From the IMG/VR virus record IMGVR_UViG_3300027782_000041: a stretch of 64,000 nt of DNA; one strand, written 5' to 3'. The translations under genes and the position numbers were made by a program. This document shows, one piece after another, positions 9,383-18,341 of this stretch. This DNA is from an uncultured virus (IMG/VR IMGVR_UViG_3300027782_000041) (Duplodnaviria > Heunggongvirae > Uroviricota > Caudoviricetes). The notes under the pieces were generated by a model. That model was not told where the DNA came from. It made no database searches and worked only from the letters and a program-made list of their open reading frames with translations. Within the stretch, counting starts at the first letter, position 1; the number at the start of each line of letters is the position of its first letter.

Positions 9383-10056
9383 TACCATCCTGCCTTGTTC
9401 AATATATCTTTCACGTACTCTTGATCCGCCGGATAGTTTGTGAATTTCTTTTGCCAGGCATCTGAGTCAATGTAGGGCCATACCATGGCCACTTGTTCTG
9501 TTGAGAGTTCGCTCAGGAACTTTTGCCCTGATTCTGAATTGTAAATCACCCAGGGACTTATGCGTCCGGCTGTAACAGCATAACATAGACTATTGGTGTT
9601 ACCATATCGCATCCAATCGTGTGGGGGATTGCCTGTTTCTTCTGCCCAACGTATGCTGTGTTCTATTGCTCGAGCCAATGCATCGTCCACTGCTTCCACA
9701 CGCAGGTATTCAATCAAGTATTCAGTGTACACCTTGTCACTGCACCAATTGTCAATTTTCTTTTGTGCCTTTAGCAACCAGGACATGAAACGTGCGGGCG
9801 CAATCACATGTGTGTTTACACAATAGTTTCCAAACTTGACAAATGCCCTGTAATAAGGTGAATCACAAAAGTCATCATGTGTTTTGTTCTTGGCCGATCC
9901 TTGCATGGTTTCATAGAACCGGATGTATGCTTGGAATCCCATACGTACCCCTGCTTCGTCTCGAGCAAGTCGTCGACGTTTGGGTTCACACAGGTGAACG
10001 GCTATTGACGTTTCTCTAGAAAACGTTTTCTTGCAATAATCGCACAAAAAGCTCAT
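9382..10056 (-). CDS. Hypothetical protein with N-terminal Zn finger
   Basis: CDYCKKTF...VHLC. Confidence 0.7.
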   Translation of the reverse strand: MSFLCDYCKKTFSRETSIAVHLCEPKRRRLARDEAGVRMGFQAYIRFYETMQGSAKNKTHDDFCDSPYYRAFVKFGNYCVNTHVIAPARFMSWLLKAQKKIDNWCSDKVYTEYLIEYLRVEAVDDALARAIEHSIRWAEETGNPPHDWMRYGNTNSLCYAVTAGRISPWVIYNSESGQKFLSELSTEQVAMVWPYIDSDAWQKKFTNYPADQEYVKDILNKAGW

Positions 10057-10754
10057 GCTAACAGTTTACGCTCTTGAATGTAGTTTGTCAAATATTCATT
10101 TAGCTTTTGGTGATGTCCGATTGCCGCATGCGTCATATCGGGCGGAACATAAGGTGCACCGGGTCCATAGTCTTTGGGATGGACTCCTTGTTCGGTTTGC
10201 CAGGCTGTGGCACGCCAGCCAAACTTGCCCACAATTTCGGGTTGATCAAACAATGTTAACCTTGGTTCTGATAACAAATCCAAGTATAGGTTGTCTGCTT
10301 GTTGAAACATCAGCACCCGATGTCCGCGACTTTGCAAATCAGAGATAGTGCTCAGCATGCGATACATCAAATCTTCCGTGCGATCTAAAATGCTAAACAC
10401 TTCACTTTTGAGTTTGGTTTCCACAAACTGATCAGAGTCTGCTTGTGTCCATCCCAACTGCCAACGAGATTTAAACTCTTGATTTTGCGGATTGACCCAG
10501 CGTCCTTCAAAATCATTCAGTTGTTCACATATGGGTATTTCTAGTCTTGATAGAAATGTCATGCCTAATATGTAAAATGTTGGCGGTGCTGTGTAACTGT
10601 GTTTGAGTGTGGTTCTTAGTATGCGACTGTTTGCGCTACCACCAATGGCAAGACTGACAGGATTGTCTAGTCCAAGTTGCTGGGCCAAATCCACATGCCC
10701 TTGACCCACAGCATACGATTCCATGTAACTGCAACCGTTGACCACTAGGTTCAT
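10053..10754 (-). CDS. SGNH/GDSL-like hydrolase or acyltransferase
   Basis: VNGCSY, GGSANSRI, C-terminal DMTH. Confidence 0.55.
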   Translation of the reverse strand: MNLVVNGCSYMESYAVGQGHVDLAQQLGLDNPVSLAIGGSANSRILRTTLKHSYTAPPTFYILGMTFLSRLEIPICEQLNDFEGRWVNPQNQEFKSRWQLGWTQADSDQFVETKLKSEVFSILDRTEDLMYRMLSTISDLQSRGHRVLMFQQADNLYLDLLSEPRLTLFDQPEIVGKFGWRATAWQTEQGVHPKDYGPGAPYVPPDMTHAAIGHHQKLNEYLTNYIQERKLLA

Positions 10755-11197
10755 TTTTTGTCCTGGCCTGCACGACGATTGTATTCGTCAATTTCTTTCT
10801 GGGTAGTGATCTGACACATTACATCAATCTCATCATCTTTGTACGTGGGGTATATGGCCATTAGGGCTTTGCGTTTGCCACTGAGTCCTGCTTCCTTTTT
10901 CTTGGGGGCGATCCATGGATGTCTAGGTGTGCCTAATCCAGGGCTTACACTTGTGGCCATGAGCCAGTGTAATTTAGGATGTTTGCTCACATCAAAGAAG
11001 TGTTTGTTCAGTCGCTCGTTGCAACTGATAACATAAAATTCTTGTAGTTCGCGTGAGCCTTCTACTGAGCTCCCCCAACGTATCATGAGATAGTTTGAAA
11101 ACTTCTTGCGCTCTTCGGGTGTAAGCTCGTCGTAGAAGTCTCTGACCTTGCGGTCAAACATACGCATTTCGTTGGCAATGTTTAGTTTATCGCTCAT
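10751..11197 (-). CDS. Probable clamp-loader small subunit (T4 gp62-like)
   Basis: Size, FSNYLMIRW and HPWIAPKKK patterns and replication context resemble gp62. Confidence 0.5.
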   Translation of the reverse strand: MSDKLNIANEMRMFDRKVRDFYDELTPEERKKFSNYLMIRWGSSVEGSRELQEFYVISCNERLNKHFFDVSKHPKLHWLMATSVSPGLGTPRHPWIAPKKKEAGLSGKRKALMAIYPTYKDDEIDVMCQITTQKEIDEYNRRAGQDKK

Positions 11198-11501
11198 CAG
11201 TTTTACTCAGTCGGTAGATCATTATAACACGATCCATTGCGTCTTGTAAAGTGGGATTGGTCTTTGCGGCTCTGCGAATCTCTCCCCACATCTTGTCTTC
11301 CATTATGTGGTCGTGCAAGGGTCTGCCGTCAGAAGTTCGCTTGTCATAGTTGATCTTGTGACCAGTAATAGGGTCATATTCTTTGCCAGATTCATATCCT
11401 ACCACTTGACGTGTACCGGGATTGGCGCCTGACTCGCGAGCATAGATAATACCGTCTGCTCGTTCGTAAATGTAGGTAGCACCGGGTTTAAGACTGCCCA
11501 T
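11187..11501 (-). CDS. Hypothetical protein
   Basis: ORF translationally coupled to its neighbours. Confidence 0.65.
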   Translation of the reverse strand: MGSLKPGATYIYERADGIIYARESGANPGTRQVVGYESGKEYDPITGHKINYDKRTSDGRPLHDHIMEDKMWGEIRRAAKTNPTLQDAMDRVIMIYRLSKTDER

Positions 11502-12001
11502 TACCAAGCCAAATTATAGCTGACAATTTCACAGTTGCGACTAACGTCTTTTACAAAGTACACACAGTCGGGCTCAGCATCGTCGTTTAGTGGCACGGCC
11601 AGCATTTGGCCGTTCTTGAGTTTGGGTGCGTACCAGTTGACTTCGTGATACACATCTAGTATTTCTATATCTGGAAAAGAAGGTCTATAACTGCTTAACG
11701 GATTGAATTGAAATACCTTGAAACCTCTATCATTGATACTAGTCAATGGCAACACTTCTAGGTCACCAACATCAGGTTCACCGATCAAGATCTGCCAGTC
11801 CATGGGCATTTTGATTGTTTGTGTTCCAATACGCAATACCAAGGCAGGAGCATTAAAACTCTCTAAGAAGATTAGCGGAATAAAATGATAGTCCGGATCT
11901 GCTGGATTTGAATTGTCAAGTATGGCAAAACGCATGTCATCCACTTCTTCGGGCAAGTGATTTAGATCGTAATAGGTGTTGTCTAGTGTTAATATTCTCA
12001 T
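11501..12001 (-). CDS. Hypothetical protein, possibly a degenerate Hint-like beta fold
   Basis: Clean ORF below a perfect TTGACA promoter; fold guess is from hydrophobic pattern only. Confidence 0.6.
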   Translation of the reverse strand: MRILTLDNTYYDLNHLPEEVDDMRFAILDNSNPADPDYHFIPLIFLESFNAPALVLRIGTQTIKMPMDWQILIGEPDVGDLEVLPLTSINDRGFKVFQFNPLSSYRPSFPDIEILDVYHEVNWYAPKLKNGQMLAVPLNDDAEPDCVYFVKDVSRNCEIVSYNLAW

Positions 12002-12009
12002 GATGTCTA

Positions 12010-12038
12010 AGTATACAGTATTGATATAGATATGTCAA
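12010..12038 (-). promoter_or_regulatory. Sigma70-type promoter (TTGACA-17-TATACT)
   Basis: Near-consensus hexamers with 17-nt spacer, 8 nt before ATG 12001. Confidence 0.75.
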
Positions 12039-12805
12039 GCATTTGATAGTTTTTGTATTTCCATATGCACAGCATCTGCCACTGTTTGTTGGGTAGCTTG
12101 GTCTGTGTGAAACGGACGATCGTCATCATGGTCTGGGTGCATTATATAGGTGTCACCCACCATCTTGCCCTTCATTTGATAATCAAACATGGCCTGCCCT
12201 AGTGACAGTTTCATATCTAAGGGAACGATTCCTGCTTTTTCTGCTTGATGGTGCCAGTGTGCCAGGATCCAGGAGTCAACTTCTTGATACAGTGCTTCGT
12301 TGAAAAAATATTTGAAATGGTATTCAATGGCTTTATGTTGATCTTTGGTGAGTATCAAAGTGGGATTGTTTTCTAATCCCTGAGGTACCGTGCTCAGTAT
12401 GGGTGCATCGTTGTCAGGAGTTTGTACTCCATTTGAAGATGTGCAACTTGGGTTGTGCCCAACATAAGTGGTGTAGGAACTTTCATCATCTTTGAATGGA
12501 TATATGAAATTTTTCAATCCTTTTTCAACTTGGAAATTATCATTGATCAACAAGTTCAGTCTGTAACTCCAGGTGTTGTGATACAATAAAAATTTACATC
12601 CAATTTTAATTGCCTGCCGCATCTGCCAAGCAATACCAAGATTGGTCATGGAGCTTCTGGCCAGGCACAGAACTGAATAGCCATATTGGTCTTGCAATAT
12701 TTGGCTGTAATGATCTCTACGACTGCTACGCGGATTACCATTTTTGGTTGCTGAACTAAAGCTGTCACCGCATACTATTATGTCAAATTCTTTTTTCAAT
12801 GCCAT
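12035..12805 (-). CDS. SGNH/GDSL-like protein
   Basis: VCGDSF, LARSSMTN, C-terminal PFH. Confidence 0.55.
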   Translation of the reverse strand: MALKKEFDIIVCGDSFSSATKNGNPRSSRRDHYSQILQDQYGYSVLCLARSSMTNLGIAWQMRQAIKIGCKFLLYHNTWSYRLNLLINDNFQVEKGLKNFIYPFKDDESSYTTYVGHNPSCTSSNGVQTPDNDAPILSTVPQGLENNPTLILTKDQHKAIEYHFKYFFNEALYQEVDSWILAHWHHQAEKAGIVPLDMKLSLGQAMFDYQMKGKMVGDTYIMHPDHDDDRPFHTDQATQQTVADAVHMEIQKLSNA

Positions 12806-13503
12806 TCCTCAGTAATCTCTAGAAGTGTATTTAAAAATCCATCATGAGCCGCTTGATCGTTGTGTGTGACACTGCGATCCCAATCAAATGCACCATTTGG
12901 CATCTGGCAGGGAAGGCAGTCTGACGGCCATATTTTTTGTACCCAAGACCAATCCATTGCTCCTAGACCATGTGGTATGTACAAAAATGGTATTTGATGC
13001 TGTTGAAGTTTGCGTAATCCGTCAGATATAACAAAGTAATTTTCTTGACGCTTTAAATTATTGCTGTGCAAACCTGCAACATAGTTTTTGATTGCCAGCC
13101 GTTGATGGTCACTCAACATATTTTCGTGTTTTTTATTCAACAAATTTTCTATCACATCACTCACTACCAGTGGTTTTTTTGACTTGATGTTGTGTTCACT
13201 TTCGCTATGATATCCTGTGTATAAAATATTGTTTAGTTTAATACAATCGTAGTTGGTGAAGGCTTGTGTCACTGCCACATCCATTCTGTCACTGGAAGTG
13301 CAACCCACTATCACAAAATCAGCACCCCGTTCAATGGCATTGTCAATTTGCAATCGTATGGCAAAACAAGTGGCAGCGGCACGAGCCAAACTGATGTGTA
13401 GAAAATTTTTACGTTCAGCATACAGTTGTAAAAAACTTTTGACTTCGCCCGGTGGTGAATCCAAGCTCATGTAACTGTCGCCACAAGTTACTAATTTTTT
13501 CAT
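12796..13503 (-). CDS. SGNH/GDSL-like protein
   Basis: MKKLVTCGDSY, SLARAAAT, C-terminal VTH; paralog of the neighbouring gene. Confidence 0.55.
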   Translation of the reverse strand: MKKLVTCGDSYMSLDSPPGEVKSFLQLYAERKNFLHISLARAAATCFAIRLQIDNAIERGADFVIVGCTSSDRMDVAVTQAFTNYDCIKLNNILYTGYHSESEHNIKSKKPLVVSDVIENLLNKKHENMLSDHQRLAIKNYVAGLHSNNLKRQENYFVISDGLRKLQQHQIPFLYIPHGLGAMDWSWVQKIWPSDCLPCQMPNGAFDWDRSVTHNDQAAHDGFLNTLLEITEEWH

Positions 13504-14972
13504 TATGCTATCTTCATCCACTCTAGTTTCTCTGCTGAGAAAGGATAGTTGGCTTCCCGATAGAACTGTTTGCGTTTGGTCAGGTGTCGCTTGGCGAACT
13601 TACAGGTTGAGGTAATGTCCCAAATTTGCACATGATCTTTGTCTTCTGCTTTTCGGATGCCCCTACCAATACTTTGGATAACCCTAACAAAGCTCTTACC
13701 GGGCTCAATAAGCACAAGATTAAAAATTCGCGGTATGTTAATTCCAACCGCTGCCACACCGTACGTGGCCACAATGATTTTGTCTGTTGAGTCTGCAATT
13801 TGATCATATTCTTCCTGCCTTTTTGTTCCTTTTGTTGCGCCTGATACAAACACTGCTTTGTCTCCCAAGCGAGCAACCAATTCATTGCCAGCGGCAACTC
13901 TGTCTACCAGTACCAGGGTGTTGCCTGTTTCGTTTACCTGGCGTATAAGGTCGGCCATAGTGTCCAATCTGCCCGACTCTTCCAACAGGTATTTAAGTTC
14001 ACTTTGATACTCTTTGTACTCCACATGATCCACCAACTGCACAATGTTCACGTGACAGTTGGCCAACACACCTTGTTGTTGTAGCTCGTTGGCACTGAGC
14101 CTACCCACTACAGGGCCAAGCCCTACCAACAGTGCTTGGCTTTCAAACTTCTCTTTGGGGATGGTTCCTGTCAATCCCCAGCGAATTGGCACTCTGGCCA
14201 TCACGCCAGTTAGCAGGGTTTTTAGTGCATCTGCTTTGGCCATGTGTACTTCGTCTACGATGACACATACCACACCTTCCAAGAACTCGCCAATGGTGCA
14301 GTCGCCTACACCTGCTTTGGTATTCTTCAACAAGATGTTTAGACTTTGCCAAGTACAAATAGTGTGAGTACGGCCATATTCTTTACGATCGCCAAAATAC
14401 ACACCAACATCTTGCTCCATGTTGATGTAGTCTTTTTCTGTTTGTGTCACTAGACTCTTGTTGGGCACAATCACAATGCTTCTGCCATATGGTGCCACTG
14501 CATTGCTCAAGGCCGCTGTCATAATTGTTTTGCCTGCGCCTGTGGCCACTTCTTGCAGGCACTGCGGATTGGCCAAGAAGTTGTTCACAATCTCCACTTG
14601 ATAGTCCCGCATGACAATGGGCTCACCAACAGCAGGGTGACCTTTGGGCCACGTGATATGTGCAAACGAATCTTCCCGCACCTGTTCAAACTCAAATGTT
14701 GTTGAGTAGTCTCTTTGATCATCTAGTTCAATGTCGTAATCAAACTTCTCAAGTATGGGGATGATCTCGGGCAAAAGATTTGTATAACTGCTGCCGCCCA
14801 GTTGAAAGTATGCCACCTTGCCATCCCAGCGTCCCAGTCTTACCGCTGGCATGTAACGTGCGGCGGGATTCTCGTATTTGAAAGCATTCACCAGTGCCTT
14901 GCGCACATCTAGATCTAGACCTTCCAGTTTGACATTTACTTCATCCCGGATTTGTATTGTGCATCGTTTCAT
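13503..14972 (-). CDS. uvsW: SF2 DNA helicase, UvsW-like
   Basis: RDYQ, ATGAGKT, DEVH, LTGT, QSIGRGIR. Confidence 0.9.
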   Translation of the reverse strand: MKRCTIQIRDEVNVKLEGLDLDVRKALVNAFKYENPAARYMPAVRLGRWDGKVAYFQLGGSSYTNLLPEIIPILEKFDYDIELDDQRDYSTTFEFEQVREDSFAHITWPKGHPAVGEPIVMRDYQVEIVNNFLANPQCLQEVATGAGKTIMTAALSNAVAPYGRSIVIVPNKSLVTQTEKDYINMEQDVGVYFGDRKEYGRTHTICTWQSLNILLKNTKAGVGDCTIGEFLEGVVCVIVDEVHMAKADALKTLLTGVMARVPIRWGLTGTIPKEKFESQALLVGLGPVVGRLSANELQQQGVLANCHVNIVQLVDHVEYKEYQSELKYLLEESGRLDTMADLIRQVNETGNTLVLVDRVAAGNELVARLGDKAVFVSGATKGTKRQEEYDQIADSTDKIIVATYGVAAVGINIPRIFNLVLIEPGKSFVRVIQSIGRGIRKAEDKDHVQIWDITSTCKFAKRHLTKRKQFYREANYPFSAEKLEWMKIA

Positions 14973-16113
14973 GGTTGGTTATTTCTTGCAATAGATCTGG
15001 CAGATCTTTAAACACTGAGTTTAACACATTTAAAGATATTTTGCGATGTTTACATAGCCTAATTATTTTCTCAATTGATCTAGTCCTGGCAACAGAATCG
15101 AATTCTGAACGAGCTATTGTATTCTTGCTGTAGTTTAGTAAAGATATTTTTTGTCGTACTGTAAGGGTACTATTTTTGAGTCCTAATTTGATAAACTCAA
15201 CTATGTTATTCTTTTCGTCTGGGGTCAGCATATCCCAGTTCAAGTCATCATTAAGCAAATTAATCCAGTGTGTCTCGAGATTATTTTGGTTAGCAAACTC
15301 TAACCAATCAAACACTGAAAAAACATTTAGCGGTTGCATTACTATAACTGTTTCCAATTTTGCATTTGGTAATTGTTGTTGATAGTTCAGTATGTTCTGT
15401 TTTACTTCATCCCACTTGGCTGGATATCGTATGAATTCGTAATGATCTTCGGTGCCATCAACACTAAATCGTAATTCCAATTTTGGTATGTGCTTTAAGA
15501 TTTCAATGTGTTTGGGATTTAGTATTGTGCCGTTTGTGGTTATTTTGAAATTCTCTATGCCGCTGGCTTGCACTTGTTCTAGTATGCGTATGCAATGTTT
15601 GGCATAGAAAAATTCTCCCCCGGCCACCGAAATGTATTTCAAATTTGGCAGTGTTTTGATTGCTTCGCACACGAGGTCTGTTTCATCAAAGTTTATAATT
15701 TCTGATATCAATCCCATACTTTTTTGTTCGGCACCAATGGCACTGCTGAATTTTGGACTGCACATGATGCAATTGAGATTGCATAAGTTTGATGGAAATA
15801 TGTCTAGTTCTTGTATTGCTGTTTCAGCAAGATGGTCAACGTCGAAGTATCTATTTTTAAGTTGTCTAACACTGAGTTGTCCTGTTTCTTCAACCAGTTG
15901 ACATGTAGAGCATCCAGGAGGCAAAGTATCTTGAGTCAACAGATGCTGTTGTAGTTCTTGCAACATATCTGACTCAAGGTATTCATTAAGATTGGTGTGG
16001 GTTGTTTTTTTATCCGGGTTGAACAAACAACACGGTCTAATTAGTGTTGAATTTTTGTTTTTGCCATCTTCAATTCTGACAGATGCAAACGGCATTATAC
16101 AATATTTTTTCAT
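14941..16113 (-). CDS. Radical SAM protein with N-terminal Cys-rich (SPASM/twitch-like) module
   Basis: YCIMPF..PCC..CSTC, then CNLNCIMC, AGGEF, TTNGT, FSVDG. Confidence 0.85.
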   Translation of the reverse strand: MKKYCIMPFASVRIEDGKNKNSTLIRPCCLFNPDKKTTHTNLNEYLESDMLQELQQHLLTQDTLPPGCSTCQLVEETGQLSVRQLKNRYFDVDHLAETAIQELDIFPSNLCNLNCIMCSPKFSSAIGAEQKSMGLISEIINFDETDLVCEAIKTLPNLKYISVAGGEFFYAKHCIRILEQVQASGIENFKITTNGTILNPKHIEILKHIPKLELRFSVDGTEDHYEFIRYPAKWDEVKQNILNYQQQLPNAKLETVIVMQPLNVFSVFDWLEFANQNNLETHWINLLNDDLNWDMLTPDEKNNIVEFIKLGLKNSTLTVRQKISLLNYSKNTIARSEFDSVARTRSIEKIIRLCKHRKISLNVLNSVFKDLPDLLQEITNHETMHNTNPG

Positions 16114-16118
16114 GTGTT

Positions 16119-16147
16119 AGTATATACTTATCGGTACAAAAAGTCAA
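16119..16147 (-). promoter_or_regulatory. Sigma70-type promoter (TTGACT-17-TATACT), 5 nt before the radical SAM ATG
   Basis: Direct read; the -35 overlaps the U-tract of the upstream terminator. Confidence 0.65.
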
Positions 16148-16179
16148 AAAGACAGGTACCTTTTTTAAGGGTACCTGCC
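16146..16179 (-). terminator. Rho-independent terminator closing the early-gene island
   Basis: GGCAGGTACC-loop-GGTACCTGTC followed by TTTTT on the minus strand. Confidence 0.75.
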
Positions 16180-16227
16180 ATAAAACCCGGGCCGGAGCCA
16201 ACCAATGCCCGGGGAAACTTTTAAAAG

Positions 16228-16443
16228 TTAATCTTTTGAGTTAACGGTGGTCTTAAACAAGATGCCACACAGGATACTGATACCCCAGGCCTGCAACCAT
16301 GTGACTTCACTGACACCTGCTACCGCACCCACCAAACAACCGTTCCACAGCATGTACACAGGCCAGCTCAGTAAGAAACTCAGGAGCACAAGTCCTAGAA
16401 GAGCAACAACAATTGCACCAATCATAACTGTAAATTTTTCCAT
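16228..16443 (-). CDS. Small membrane protein (two hydrophobic segments)
   Basis: 71 aa, highly hydrophobic, GGAG SD. Confidence 0.75.
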   Translation of the reverse strand: MEKFTVMIGAIVVALLGLVLLSFLLSWPVYMLWNGCLVGAVAGVSEVTWLQAWGISILCGILFKTTVNSKD

Positions 16444-16444
16444 G

Positions 16445-16561
16445 TTAGGCTCCGTAGTATTCCATGCTCTTGACTGTAAAACCTGCTGCCTTTTGTTCGT
16501 CTGCTTCTTCTTGAGTGTCTACAGAGTACAGGTACAAGTCGCCATCCCAAATTTCGTACAT
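16445..16561 (-). CDS. Small acidic protein (38 aa, MYEIWDGDLYLYSVDTQEEADEQKAAGFTVKSMEYYGA)
   Basis: Hand-translated; GGAGA SD; packs exactly between neighbours. Confidence 0.65.
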   Translation of the reverse strand: MYEIWDGDLYLYSVDTQEEADEQKAAGFTVKSMEYYGA

Positions 16562-16562
16562 A

Positions 16563-16655
16563 TCAATCTCCAAACATCAAAATAATAAACGATAAGAGTA
16601 GTGCCCACCATAGATGTCCTAATATTAACAACATTAAGACACCTATCCAAGCCAT
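16563..16655 (-). CDS. Hydrophobic micro-protein (30 aa, MAWIGVLMLLILGHLWWALLLSFIILMFGD)
   Basis: Hand-translated; starts 1 nt after the ATPase stop and ends 1 nt before the next ATG. Confidence 0.55.
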   Translation of the reverse strand: MAWIGVLMLLILGHLWWALLLSFIILMFGD

Positions 16656-16656
16656 A

Positions 16657-17679
16657 TTAGGCAACCTTCATACAAGTTGTCTCTGCCAGGCGCTTCCAGT
16701 TCAACACACTCATCTTGCGCAAGTCTGCAATCTTCAGAGCCATACGCAGACTTACTTCACGCAAACGGTCCTTGTTAGTGTGCATGAACTCAATAATGTC
16801 GTCTTGCACAGCCTCTTCAAATTCGTAGTCTTGGAACAAAATACCATCTTTGGCAATTTGTTTAATACGCAACAACTTGTCACGCATTGTGTCCAGGGTC
16901 AAGTCCAGATAGTGACAGCGCGATTGCAATGCATCCAAGTGATCCCGCAATTTTTGCGACTTCATCTTGTCAAACTTCAAGTTGGTAATGAAGATTACAC
17001 TACCTTTGAACTCGAAACGATCTGGAATACCTTCGCGGCGCAAGGCACTGCTCTCACTCAACCAGGAAATAGTACGCTTCTTGCCGGAGTCCAGAGCACC
17101 TTTAAGCAAGTTAAGGGCCACGTCGTCTAGTAAAATGCTGTCACAGTCGTCAAACACAATGACACAATTTGAGTCAGAATACTTGTAAAGTGTTTGATAC
17201 AAACCAATTGGGGTGGCTGAGCCTTTGACAACTTCTGCACGAAGGCGCTTGCCTGCCAGCTTGTCAAACAAGCATGCCTTTTCAATTTCAGTTTCAACAC
17301 CGTAACTTTTGCCCACGCCCGGAGGGCCGCTCACAATCATTGCACGGATGTCGCCGCTGACTGTGGCTTTGGTCATTTCTGTTAGAATTTCAAAACGCTC
17401 GCGAATACGAGTCATTGCATCCTCATCGGATTCAACAACAGGAGCGGGTTTTTCAAAATGTACGGTGTTGTCTGTAGTCATGCCGTTAGTATACTCTATA
17501 TCTGAAATGTTGTCTACACTAATACGAACCGTATCAGGGCAGTTTGGGAAGATGCCATTATTTTTTACTGTAACATAGTTACCTTTGGCACCAGTTTGGA
17601 AACCGTTTACAAGAACAAATTCTTGGTTACGGACGGGTTTGTTACGGTAGGTACCGTTTACTATGCGGATTGCACTCAT
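16657..17679 (-). CDS. AAA+/P-loop ATPase with a small N-terminal beta domain (early gene)
   Basis: Walker A GPPGVGKS, Walker B IVFDDCD, ITN sensor, ALQSR arginine finger. Confidence 0.85.
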   Translation of the reverse strand: MSAIRIVNGTYRNKPVRNQEFVLVNGFQTGAKGNYVTVKNNGIFPNCPDTVRISVDNISDIEYTNGMTTDNTVHFEKPAPVVESDEDAMTRIRERFEILTEMTKATVSGDIRAMIVSGPPGVGKSYGVETEIEKACLFDKLAGKRLRAEVVKGSATPIGLYQTLYKYSDSNCVIVFDDCDSILLDDVALNLLKGALDSGKKRTISWLSESSALRREGIPDRFEFKGSVIFITNLKFDKMKSQKLRDHLDALQSRCHYLDLTLDTMRDKLLRIKQIAKDGILFQDYEFEEAVQDDIIEFMHTNKDRLREVSLRMALKIADLRKMSVLNWKRLAETTCMKVA

Positions 17680-17725
17680 GGTTGGCTCCTTTTGTGTGCG
17701 GGTTTATCTTACTGTCTATGTGTAT

Positions 17726-17754
17726 ATTATAGCAAATGTTGATTTATTGGTCAA
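17726..17754 (-). promoter_or_regulatory. Strong early promoter (TTGACC-17-TATAAT, extended -10 TG)
   Basis: GGTTGACCAATAAATCAACATTTGCTATAAT. Confidence 0.85.
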
Positions 17755-17923
17755 CCGGGGCAAACATCCTTGCACCTTGCGCCGTAAAAACCCGGTATGC
17801 GTCCATGGTTCTTTGGGGCTGAGCCAGTGGATTTTTTTGGATAAATTGCAGGGTTTCCAACAAGGGCATACCCAGGAATTCTGCTTCTTTTTGTAAGTGT
17901 TTGATTGCTGTGGCTATTTGCAT
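17744..17923 (-). CDS. Small early protein (59 aa, MQIATAIKHLQKEAEFLGMPLLETLQFIQKNP...)
   Basis: Hand-translated; AAGGAG SD; own promoter upstream; below the ORF-track size cutoff. Confidence 0.75.
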   Translation of the reverse strand: MQIATAIKHLQKEAEFLGMPLLETLQFIQKNPLAQPQRTMDAYRVFTAQGARMFAPVDQ

Positions 17924-17952
17924 CTTGGCTCCTTTTTGTTAATCTATGCTAT

Positions 17953-17981
17953 ATTATAGCAAATTGGGAATATTTGGTCAA
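17953..17981 (-). promoter_or_regulatory. Strong early promoter (TTGACC-17-TATAAT)
   Basis: GGTTGACCAAATATTCCCAATTTGCTATAAT. Confidence 0.85.
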
Positions 17982-18029
17982 CCGCGGAAAATGTGGCGTT
18001 TTTGCAACAAAAAGTAGTACTAAAAAGTA

Positions 18030-18260
18030 TTACCGTTGGAAATCAACCAGACGCTTGACAAGAATTCCGTGTTCAGCGTCCATTTCCTCATGGCTGAGGT
18101 AGAAGTCCGTGGTGGGGTCATAATAGCGACCTTCTTTGGGATCGTAATATAACACCCGTCCTGATGCATACTTGAATGGGCCTTCTAGTCCGGCACGTGG
18201 ACCATATTTTTGGCGCATCATGTCTGTTTCAAACTTGTCTGCAATAATCTTGTAGCCCAT
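18030..18260 (-). CDS. Small early protein (YYDPKEGRYYDP motif)
   Basis: AAGGAG SD, own promoter. Confidence 0.8.
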   Translation of the reverse strand: MGYKIIADKFETDMMRQKYGPRAGLEGPFKYASGRVLYYDPKEGRYYDPTTDFYLSHEEMDAEHGILVKRLVDFQR

Positions 18261-18290
18261 TTGGAACTCCTTTTTGCTTTGTATGCCACT

Positions 18291-18319
18291 ATTGTAGCAA
18301 AATGGGAATTATTGGTCAA
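18291..18319 (-). promoter_or_regulatory. Early promoter (TTGACC-17-TACAAT)
   Basis: TTGACCAATAATTCCCATTTTGCTACAAT; similar to the two downstream copies. Confidence 0.8.
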
Positions 18320-18341
18320 GTACTACAAAAGTACTACTTTT

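Noticed and set aside
16184..16216. Second GC-rich hairpin (CCCGGGC/GCCCGGG) considered as a tRNA or ncRNA fragment
   Set aside because: No cloverleaf or T-loop motif; most simply part of the terminator region
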